Source: Ionaspis alba
Taxonomy: Eukaryota
Direction of reading: 5' to 3'
NCBI GenBank assembly: GCA_964255285.1
Contig: CAXUUL010000085.1
Span: 1-34,571, forward strand
Length of the DNA stretch: 34,571 nucleotides
The notes under the pieces are model-generated. The model saw nothing but the letters and a program-made list of their open reading frames with translations. It was not told the origin of the DNA and searched no databases. Made by a program: the position numbers and the translations under genes. This document shows, one piece after another, positions 10,693-20,786 of the stretch (positions are counted from its first letter, which is position 1; each line of letters opens with the position of its first letter).

Positions 10693-11952
10693 CTACGCCA
10701 TGTCCTCGGCGATCTCCTCAGGAGGGAAATTTTGCGGCTCACACTCATAGTCCGGGTAATCGGCAACAAGCTTGAAATAGCTCAGCATGCTTTGATGTGC
10801 CCTTGGCATGATACACTCCATATACTGCGGCTCGCCGGCAGAATAGCAATTACAGCCGAAGCCATCACGGCCGGTAAGTGGTGTATCAAGAGGCTCCTGG
10901 GAAATGAGATACGCACGTCCACGCTATCAATGCATCAGTCATAAGTCAATCACAGTGATTGTATGAACGAAGATGGTATATACCTTTCCCCAGAAGTCCG
11001 CAAAGCTCTTGTTCCAAAGACCAGTCCGCCAGATGTGCGATGCTCCGACAGCGACAGCTACCACTCTCGCAGCCCACTTTCCCCACGCTTTCTGCAAATA
11101 TTCTACAGCCTCCATGGCACCATCTCCAACACCGATGACATCAATTCTTGCCTCTTTGTTCGCCAGCTTTCCAAGCACCTCCTCGAAGACAGTTGCTAAG
11201 TGCTCCGGCAGTTCCTCACTTCCCGGAACCAAATTCCTCTTCCCATCTCTTACTAGACCGGGGCTCACGGCTGTAGGGCGTGGAATTGCTTGATAGCTGG
11301 ATTCCGTCATGGCTTGTCGACCACGACGGTACCAGATCAGCTGGCCCATGTTGGCAATGACAATCGCGGGGTTGTCGCGGGCTGCTTGGGCCTTGGAAAC
11401 GAAGTCGAGGGCACTACCGGAGGCAATACTCTCGTGACCCACGGTGCGATAGGCAAATATGCCTAGGTCTTGAGTAGATTCGCCGATATAGACGATAACA
11501 CGCTTGGCGGTCGAGAGGTTCTTGGAGGTAAGGATTGGAATGTGTGGAGAGGTTGGTGGAGTATTTAGTGGAACTCGATTGAGGTCGAGATCAAAGGTTA
11601 GGAGGCGATCGAGCACGTTACGACGGATGCAGGCTGTTAAGATATAAGGTCAACGTCTGCTCTAATGGGCACATGGGCAGAGGAGAGTGAATAGAAGAAC
11701 ACGGGCAGAACATACTGTTCATTGCTTCACGTTGCATTTCTAGCACACGATCATTTTTCGAGATGAAGTAGTGAAAGTCTTGATCAGGATGTGCGATAGA
11801 GCGGATTTGGTCATTTTGGTTGATGTAATAGCTAGGAAACTGTCAGAATACCTTCAAATATTGGGAGCATATTGGAAAACTTGCCCAAGGCCATTCAGAT
11901 CAGCCGGAAACTCGAAGTCTCTGGGAAGACTACTCTCAAGGCGGCGATACAT
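10693..11952 (-). CDS. arb2: Arb2-domain protein (Arb2/FAM172-like, ~354 aa)
   Basis: Exons 11952-11885, 11831-11716, 11633-10984 and 10923-10693 read MYRRLESSLP..FPADLNGLG|YYINQNDQIRSI..YFISKNDR..QREAMN|..IPILTSKNL..KRVIVYIGE..QDLGIFAYR..IANMGQL. Intron 1 is GC-AG. Confidence 0.85.
11832..11884 (-). other. Non-canonical GC-AG intron (53 nt) in the Arb2-domain gene
   Basis: GG|GCAAGT...CTGAC...CCTAG|C. Only this donor keeps LG|YYIN in frame; the nearest GT, 4 nt inside, would frameshift. Confidence 0.85.
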
Positions 11953-12430
11953 GCTGAAAGAATCAATGTAGAAGTAAGTCGCAGGTGGGCGACGGTGCAA
12001 AAAGTCGGGAATAGGATTTTGTCACTGGTCAGAAAGTCAACTTGACGTGATGCTTCAATTGCATTAGCAGGCAAGACCAAGACCGAAGGTAAGTCGATAA
12101 TTTCCACAAGTATAGGTCTTGGAGTCCTAGATGGTAGGATAAGTGAATCGAAATGAGACTTGATGCGCATTGGAGAACGATGTGAATTTGGATAGAATGT
12201 GACATGACCAGGGTAAGCGGGCGAGTGCAAACACGTCACAAACATGCGAATTCTGATACAGGGTCTAGCCAACGTAAAAGGGGACGGTTCTCGTATAATG
12301 TACAGATGCTTTTCAACATGCTGTTGTGCTCTTGAAGTTGATTCTGTTACCACCGGCGCGGCCTTATGCTTGACAAACAGTTACAGTCCTTGCATTGTAT
12401 TCCTACCCATGACTTTGGAGGACAACTACA

Positions 12431-12966
12431 TCACCAGCTTGCTTTCTTCACTCCTGGCAAGTTGCCTTCCAACGCGTTCATTCGAAATGGAAACTACACC
12501 CCAAGTCAGCGATTCAAATTCCCTTAAAGGAAGTGTGCCGAAATAATACCCTAGCCATTCGGAAATCGCTGAGAACACCTCTACCCTTCCCTCCCTCAAT
12601 ACACCGGTTGTTTATCTGCGTCGGTCTTGTATATGCATGCATTTGTGATAGCTGCAACTGAGCTTGCGCACGGGTACGTTGTGGGAGAGTCGTATTGCGG
12701 ACGATATATCGGAGAGCTTGTCTATAGTGCAGGAACATCAGTGTCCGTATTCGAAGCAGTTATTTTTGCGTAAAAGGCTAGGGAGGCGTAGTTTCAGATG
12801 GCGATATACCTCTCTGTTTCGTACTGCGCGAAGACTTTCCTGGAGCACGTGTTAAATGGTAGTACGGTAGGCGGTCACGGTAGAAGTACCTCTTGGTATG
12901 ATCTCTGATAACTCTTATATTGATATAACAGCTGAGATCCAGCTTCTTCGCACGGAATTGCGCCAT
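12431..12966 (-). CDS. MRP2: Mitochondrial ribosomal protein uS14m (~113 aa)
   Basis: Four exons: 12966-12890, 12839-12810 (30 nt), 12721-12550, 12493-12431. Translation: MAQFRAKKLDL..IRDHTKR|KVFAQYETER|QALRYI.RNTTLP..NRCIEGGKGRGVLSDFRMAR|FPFRMNALEGNLPGVKKASW. Confidence 0.96.
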
Positions 12967-13091
12967 GATATTTGAGGAATATGACGAAAGTGCATTAATC
13001 CACATCTGATTCTGACCGACACTGGTCAACACTAGGGCGTGCCAAGACTCGGCCCTATCACAGTTCTCAAGCAGGAATATGTGTCACTTAA

Positions 13092-13232
13092 TTGACATCA
13101 GAACAGCGGAATACGCGAACAAGTATCAATGATACATTTGATGATATATTAAGTATTCCGGCTACACAAGCTGGTGGACACATCTGTCACCGTCCACCAC
13201 TTCGCCGGTGACCAATTTGACATCAGAACAGC
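13092..13232. repeat. 16-bp perfect direct repeat TTGACATCAGAACAGC (13092-13107 and 13217-13232)
   Basis: Read directly from the sequence. Each copy is followed downstream by ATACATTTG (13132-13140; 13244-13252). Confidence 0.8.
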
Positions 13233-13506
13233 TATAGATTTACATACATTTGTCAGGAAAGCTTGTCGATTGGCTCGTTCGAGCCTCGATCTTGAATTTT
13301 ACTACTCTCAATACTACTGCACAACTCAGATCCGTAGCTCAGACTCTTCATTTGCTCTGCAGCGCATGTCATCTTCTCTTCTTCGAGTAGATACAGATAA
13401 TAAATGAGATAGCGCCAGGCAGCCTCTGTCTCAAGGCCGCAGAGAGTGTTCGGTACATTCAGCAGCGCTCAAGCGATAACAGCCTAGAACATAGTATAGT
13501 ATGCCT

Positions 13507-16438
13507 TCAATCGCAAAAGCTTGTAACTTCCGGCATAGGAGCTTGCCGTATGGACGAAGCCGTCGCTATACGCTTAGCTGGAGGTGGCCCTGACTGGGAC
13601 GGCTGCGAGACCGTGGAGAAAGGTTGTCCTGGGAACGCGGAAGCGAGTTGGACACTAGTGGAGTCCACGAGAGGCTTATTGAAGGTATCACCTAGAAGCT
13701 CCTCCGAGGAAGGCCTATCAATAGTGCAGATAGTAGAAGCTGCACTCTCACATCGTTCTTGCCACGCCTTAAAGGCCTTATTCCGTTCGTTGACCGTCTT
13801 GGTGATCACCAGAATACAGGAAGATGGCCCTCGCTCAGTATCAAGCTTACGGAACGAATCCAGCCCATATTGGAGATGGCGACGTCGTTTCTCGCCCATC
13901 GGGAATCTTCCAACCTGCGTAGAACGGTCGACCAGGAAGTTGTCAAGAGCTCTGCAGTCGGTGTACCCACAACCTCTCTTGGGTCTTGCCCAGTAACGTG
14001 GTCGCTCAGGCTCTCTTCCAACGAATCGCTCGATATAGATAGGTATAACTCGACGATAAACCTGCTGGTACTGAGAATCTGGGAGCGATACCTTGTGACG
14101 TTGTAGCACACTTACGAGTTCCTCAAAAAATGGTAAGAGTAATGCTCCGAAACCTGACACATCAATGGTTCTGAACTCGGCCTCGATATGGTCGAGAAAT
14201 CGATAAGCTTTCACGCGCAGGTTTGACCAAGGACACGCTTCAATCAAACCTGCAAGTTCCCGGCCGGTCATGAGGCTACATGTAGGCTTCTCGTCGTTGT
14301 ACCTTGTTATACCGTTGTGATCTAGTATTATGGGCTGATGCTTGGGGGTGATGGCGGTATTTGTAGCTTAAGTCTTGGGCCAAGTCGCTGGCCACGTCCA
14401 AAAAAATAGCCGATGCTATTTCGTGGCGGATGCTGTTCTCTCTGCCTACCTCAAAGAAAGAAAGAAGGAACGCAATTGCGAAAGATGCATTCTCTGTATG
14501 CTTCTTCGTCAATGGCAAAAGGTGTGAAAAGAGTACCTTCTCACCTAACCTTGAAGTAAACTCGAGCGAGGCAGTTCCGTCTCTTTGACCAGCACAAGCT
14601 CTGTTGTCAGAGCTGCTAAAGTTTTCACGGAGCCATTCGCTCAAAAAGCCAGCTTCCTGAACGCGGCACATCATTTTTGTAGCTTCGTTTTTGTGCTGCA
14701 GCTTTGTAAAACGATCCATAGCAACTCCCAATGCTCCCAGCGATATAGTTAGATCGATATCCAATAAAATGGCTCCGACATTGCTGAAGATCGAGACTGG
14801 AAGCATTGCCGAAGTAAGACTTGCAGCTCGTTCAAACAACGGGGGCTGACGCAAATGTAGTGCAGCTCGTGCAACGTGCCCAAGAACTTCATCAGAAAAT
14901 GGCGGTTCGGTGCTGAGACTATAACAGGTCTTTGCTTAACGCTTCTTGTCTTGGAATTCCTTGTTAGCAAACAAGATCAAATTGCAAAGACGAGTCAAGT
15001 CCATTCGGCGATCTCTAGTGGGTGTCTCTCGGAACAACTCTATCTCATACCCGACCCGGGCAGCCATATCTCCTTCCCTTGCACAGCGGGACCAAAGAAG
15101 TTGATAGGTCCTTGGCAGTAACACAATGCAGCTGTTTCGATAGGTGTGGGCGGCTGACACGCCTTCATTACCAGTGTAACCAGGATAGTCTTCTTCGTTA
15201 GGTTCACGCTAGAAAGAGTCCTTCTAGACAGAATCCTCCTCCGCAATATCGACCTTGGTGGCTATCGTGGGAGCCATCAGATCGGAAGACAATCTTCAGC
15301 GCGAGACTTGAGTGACAGACTTCATCAATCTCGTGAAAGTCTTCACCATCTTCACTGTCGTCATACTCGTCACAACCCCCAAAGACGGTTCGCTCGAGGT
15401 TCGCGAGGGGAAATGAGAAATCGTGATAGTGGCATACCTCGTGCAATACCGTGCTTTTGTGATGTCCTTACCCTTCAGATGTGCCAACCGTAGATTTGCG
15501 TCTGTGTATTTGTGTTGAAGCACACAAGCCAACATGCGCGGCGATTTTGAAGTAGCTGATGAAGTGTCGGTCTTCCAAAGGAAGAACAAAGTTCCCAATC
15601 TCAAATTATCATCACCAACGGTCTATGCCGACTGCGTGATCCTCAATGCGGTGTTCATGATCAAATTGTAGTTGAGGACCAGGCGATAATCTGATGTAAC
15701 AGGTCGCACTGAATGCTCGACACCAGCATTACCTAATCCAGTGTCAGCAGTTCCTCGGGAGTATATAGATCTCGCTGACCAGGCAAGGTATGAGTAGCCA
15801 AAAGTCGATGTCTTGGCTGTCTGCAGGACTGGCTCTTTCCCCCCAAAGCTCACTTCCACCTCTCCACCACCGTGCTCCGAAGGCAGAGCAATCACTAGTG
15901 TAGCTGTAATGCCCTCTGCCCTCTCAGAGTCCTTGCGCCGCTCAAAGAATGCCCCTTCCTCGTAGGGAAGCAGCTTGTAGATTTCTGCTCTCAGGTATGA
16001 GGTTCCAGCTACTATCCCGAGCTCTCTTCCAACCTTTCAAACGATCTATGATAGGCCATAGCCGCCATACAGAATTTCTCGTCTCAAACTTGTCAGGATT
16101 GAGCTCCCAGGTCTTCCTAAATGTGGTGTCAACGGTAGTCCTTGGGCCTTGACCAAGAGGTGCTTTGTGACTGATCTTCGATAGCTCAAGGCAATCTCTG
16201 GAGAGAGCGGCAACCCGACCACACCTAAGCAATGAACGTAGAGGCCTGGGTTAGGCGCATTGGGGAGAGCACCACCTGTAGCGAATGAACCGACAGCATA
16301 GTTGTTAATATTCTCTAGAATCTTGAACAGCTCGGATTTGATATGCTCGGAACCTAAGGGTAAGTGATTATGCTCGTTGTCCAATTTCACCCGCTGGTCA
16401 AGGACTTTTTGAGCCGTTCTCTTTCCCACCCAACTCAA
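13507..16438 (-). pseudogene. Frameshifted pseudogene of a large fungal 2OG-Fe(II) oxygenase (prolyl 4-hydroxylase-like) superfamily protein
   Basis: Homologous blocks are spread over about 10 consecutive minus-strand ORFs in changing frames: GSFATGG..PNPGLYV..LG.VGLPLS / KAPLGQG..T.VDTTFRKTWELNP / AEIYKLL.YEEGAFF..DSE...TLVIALPSEHGGGE / YLAW..V.HSVRPVTSDYRLVLNYNL / LQHKYTDANL..LKGKD / YFPLANLER..GGCD / WARPKRGCG..DCRALD.FL. No ATG was found at the 5' end. Confidence 0.85.
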
Positions 16439-17155
16439 TCACATTGGCCGTTCTGCAAAAAGGTCGAATGTTTTTATGTTTGAACCATTGACATATTCAA
16501 TATTGGCGGAGTCAACACAATAGCGCGTCACGACGCGTTGGAAGGAGAACCCCTCACGGGTAACCCACATTATACAGCAATGCTTCCATAACAAGTATTA
16601 TATCCAAAAGCCAGCAAGGGTCTATTTCAGATCACACTCAAAGGGCAGCTGCAATCGGCAATGTCATTTTGGAAGCGCAATGCCTTTCGAAGAAAAGAAT
16701 CCCACTCTTAGATCGAATCACGAGATCATCTAGATCATAGGCTATTAATCGAAAGGTCAAACAGATTCTTTCTTCCTCGGCCCACTGGTATCTACAGCAA
16801 TTGTTGGCACATCTTCATGAAATCATTATAGTAGCCAAAGAAATCTGGACTGTTGTCTCGCAGGACCATTCGCGCTCTCTAGCGATATGTTTGACACTGA
16901 CGACCTCAGGCTTCTCCACTTTTGCATGGGGCGTCGTCTGCCATGCTCCTTCCCCACTTGTAAGTCCACCAACGTAAATAAAATCCTACAACCTCACTTG
17001 AAAGCAAACACACGTCGGCAGGAATGAGTGCAAGTCGTTTCAGGCTGCGTTTTCCTGTTTAGCTCTCCGATTCAACCTTCGAGTCTTGCGGGATTTCGTT
17101 TGATCAAGCCACAACTACCTGCACATATCTCTAGCTTCGCTGAAGCACCATCGTC

Positions 17156-18250
17156 ATGGCAAAGAAATATAATCTTGTTGAGCAAGTCCGCCAATCCCCT
17201 CCATTGCTCGATTTTCCTGGCACTGTTGACGACTCCTGGCTGGAAAACAAAACCGTTGTCATCACCGGTGGCGCCAGCGGATTCGGAGAAGGATTCGTAC
17301 GAAGATGGGCTGCCGCAAAGGCGTGTATAGTCTTCGGTGATATCAACAGCGAAAGAGGCTCGAAGCTTTGCATAGAAGTCAGAGAAGCTACCCGGAATGA
17401 GAATGTACATTTCGTTCATTGCGATGTTACTAGCTGGTCTTCCCAAGTCCACTTGTTCCACGAATCGATCAAGCTCAGCCCTCATGGAGGAGTCGATGCG
17501 GTGGTCGCCAATGCAGGCATCGCAGATACGAAGCTGGAATTTGAAAATCCCAAAGACCTCGATGCTGCTGGACCTCCACCTCCGAACCTTGACTGCCTCA
17601 CCGTGAATTTGACTGGGGTGCTGTACACAACGCATTTAGCGATATACTATTTGTCGAGAAATCCCGGGTCATCTCCAGCGAGCCCCAGATGCCGTCCCAG
17701 TCAGCTTTTGAGAGACCGTCACATCCTTCTCATTGGATCTGTTGCCTCCTTCATTCCTCTGCCTGGTCAAGCACTCTACGGTGCTAGTAAACATGCGGTT
17801 CTAGGACTATACCGATGTCTTCGATCCTCAGCTTTCGTTCATGGAATCCGTTGTAGCCTTATCTGTCCCTACTTCATCGATACCCCGTTGCTTAGACCGC
17901 GCGGGAAGTTGCTACTCGCCGGTGGTAGCGTTGGTGAGCCGGAATCCGTTGTTGAAGCCGCGACCCGTTTCGCCTCGGATCCTCGCATTGTGGGCAGGGC
18001 AGTCTTCGTGGGACCTAAACTGCGCGTCAAGACGAGCAGTGATGGAGAATGGATCCTGGATAGTGGTTCTGGTGGTGAGGAGAAGGCTATCTGGGAATTC
18101 TTTGCGGGAGATTTTGAAGACAGCGAGATTTTCCAGCGCAACATGGTGGGCTTGATGAATCGTGCGACAGAGGAGCGAGGGTGGTTAGGTTGGGCTGCTG
18201 ACATTGGTGGAGTTCTGGTAACTGCTGCGAAGTCTTACTGGAAATCATAA
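17156..18250 (+). CDS. Short-chain dehydrogenase/reductase (classical SDR, 364 aa)
   Basis: Intronless ORF with TGGASGFG nucleotide-binding motif, VVANAGI, VNLTG, catalytic Ser (GSVAS) and YGASK. Confidence 0.93.
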   Translation: MAKKYNLVEQVRQSPPLLDFPGTVDDSWLENKTVVITGGASGFGEGFVRRWAAAKACIVFGDINSERGSKLCIEVREATRNENVHFVHCDVTSWSSQVHLFHESIKLSPHGGVDAVVANAGIADTKLEFENPKDLDAAGPPPPNLDCLTVNLTGVLYTTHLAIYYLSRNPGSSPASPRCRPSQLLRDRHILLIGSVASFIPLPGQALYGASKHAVLGLYRCLRSSAFVHGIRCSLICPYFIDTPLLRPRGKLLLAGGSVGEPESVVEAATRFASDPRIVGRAVFVGPKLRVKTSSDGEWILDSGSGGEEKAIWEFFAGDFEDSEIFQRNMVGLMNRATEERGWLGWAADIGGVLVTAAKSYWKS

Positions 18251-18857
18251 GGTACATGAACGCATGGAGGCTACGGTATTGACATGGACGTCAGAATATA
18301 TATGGGAGGATTAGCAGAGAAATGAGCCAAGTCTTTGTCGTATCAAATCTACCTAGTGAGCTACCCGCATTCGTTCGCTTTTTCGGTAAAGAGACTTCGT
18401 TTATGCCCTAAAGTGTATTAAGCGAGCACCATGCCGAGACGCGCCTTCCTCACACATTCACAACTCAACTCCTTGCACCTGGTAACTTCTCACGATATGA
18501 TACACTGTCTGGGCACTTTCGTCTCGAAGCTCATACGCTGTGTGAATGAAGCTTCAATTCAGTACGTACCTTCCTTGTTCTGACCTGGACATACATTGAC
18601 AATAAAAAGCAACCAAGAACCCATCCCGGCTTCGCAGGAGCAACGCAACTTGCAATCTTTCGTGGCTCGCAAATCCTGATCCTCAACTAAGTCGGTCCCT
18701 GTACTACAAGCAGGCTACTTCGTATTGCTTCGGAAAGTCAAACAAGCGTCAACATTTAGAAAGCGGGTTAGACTTGCCATTCGAAAGAGACGTCAGCCAT
18801 ACCGTCAAAAGCATTGAAGGTTGGCTCGAAACTCTAGAAGAGGAAAGCGCAGCGATC

Positions 18858-20411
18858 ATGTCGCCTCTCGCGGACAAATATTCATCCATGCCAACAACAC
18901 CTAGTCCGCCTCGATCACTACGTGGAGCATCGAGACGTGGATCCTGGACCGTAACACCACGCAGGTTCAGCATCTTAGTAAGCTGTGTGGTTGGAATCCT
19001 TTTACTAAGTAGACTCTTCTCATCCTGGAACCACGAGGGAGTATGTACGCAGCTAACGCAAGACCACATCGATGTACGCTAATCGTGAAAGCAGCCTCGA
19101 CGTCCTGTCTACCTCACCACAAAGATCCCATACAACTTGACTTTCCTTCCAAACGCTGCCTTTCAACCGCCAGAACCTCTTGCTCATCGTCTTTCCGACA
19201 CCACTGATACCTTTGCAAGCTACAAGTACCGTAACACTTGCAACATTTCTTCATTGGACCTTCATTTGCCCTTCTCCCCACTGTGCCAGGATCGTAGATC
19301 AATGTTGACAGCGATGTCATCGGGAGGGCGCATAGGTCGTGACGCTCCGTATATGCCTCGGGGATGTGATATGCGTTGGTTCTCCAGTGACGAGATCTGC
19401 GAGATACTTGGTCGATTCGAAAAAGTAATCATCGTTGGTGACAGTATGATGAGACACGTTATTGGCAGTATCAACGTGCTTATAAGAAAAGATCTGGGAT
19501 ATGGAGCCGTCACAGACTGGAACTTTTCTCCCCAGGAGAGGTGAGACAAGCCCTTGCCGGATTTCTTAGTATGCTAAACTGTGCAATTCAGGAAAGACTG
19601 CTTCTGCAATCAACAATTCAACGTCAAATCGTGTTCCATTCAAGGAATTTTCAAAACAGCCGACGTTATCAAGAACGACCCGACTAGTGTCTCTTGTCCT
19701 GCAAACACTATAGATGTTATGAGTGAGTGAATCCATAGATGTCAGTCTTTCCACTTGCCTGATTAATCGGTATAGTTGAGCAAATGATTCGTTTTCCCAT
19801 CCCGGAGGAGGAGCTGGCTCGATTCAAGGCGATCCTCCCGGCAACAAGACCAGCCCGTCCTTACGCATTCATATTTGGCCATGGCCTGTGGAACAATCTC
19901 GACCTCCAGGCAACTGTCGATTGGCTCGATACCATTCTCGACACCACGGTTGCGAAAGCGCCATGGTTGCAGGCATCCTCTGAATCGTCTTCTTTCTTCT
20001 CGGGCAAAAAGATTGCAAACCAAGACACAAGGAATTCCAGACGTGGCCGAGGACAACGTAATCGTGAGAAGGGTTTCTGGCCAAGACTGATACTTACTCC
20101 GAATGCTTCGGGCAGGGAGAAGCCCGACGAATGGCTTGTGACACAAGGAAACAAGGCGTTGACGATTTTCGAGGAGGCTGTCGGGATTGAGGCGGGAAGG
20201 CGAGGAGTCGAACATCTTGGGACTTGGAACATGAGTATACAGGCGAACAAATTCGATGGAGTGTAAGTCCTTTCCCCACCGCTATGGGGAACTTCGGGTC
20301 TGGAGGAAAGCGCTAACCAGTTCCCGCAGTCATGTTGATCTTCGAGGCAATCTAATCAAGGCAATGATGGTCCTAAATTGGTTGAATTTGTTGGAATTGG
20401 AGGATTTCTGA
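18858..20411 (+). CDS. Type II membrane SGNH/PC-esterase-like protein (putative glycan O-acetyltransferase/esterase, ~442 aa)
   Basis: Exons 18858-19040, 19095(or 19092)-19540, 19592-19722, 19776-20262 and 20330-20411, all GT-AG and in frame. N-terminal TM (ILVSCVVGILLL), GC.MRWF, IVGDSMMR, FGHGLWN, and C-terminal DGV|H. Confidence 0.8.
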
Positions 20412-20786
20412 TTAGATGGTTGTCACAACGGGAAACAGCGAGTGGAGCGCTGGGAAGGATGTGGAGTGCGCAAAGAAGCATTGCTGGGCTTCCGAATATT
20501 GACGGCGAGTATCTCAGTTGAGAAGAAATAGTAATGTTGCAGCCATATGGGGTATAATATGAATAGAGCCTACTGATATAATTCTGACCATGTCCGTCCA
20601 CCATTTCCTCTTCGTGTCCACCTGTTCTGCGCTGTATGTGCGCCTAGTTCGGCAATGAGTGGGTGTCCTTAACCAAGCAACAAGGTGGCAACCACTTCTT
20701 CCGACGCCTAGATTTTATCTTTCCGCGCCCTCCGTTATATAGCATCCATGCAATCTAATCATTGCCAAATCTCGTCTCCAATAGAT

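Noticed and set aside
13170..13215. Possible HDV-like ribozyme (GGCGAA on the minus strand, CTTCGCC loop)
   Set aside because: I could not build the nested P1/P1.1/P2/P3 double pseudoknot on either strand.
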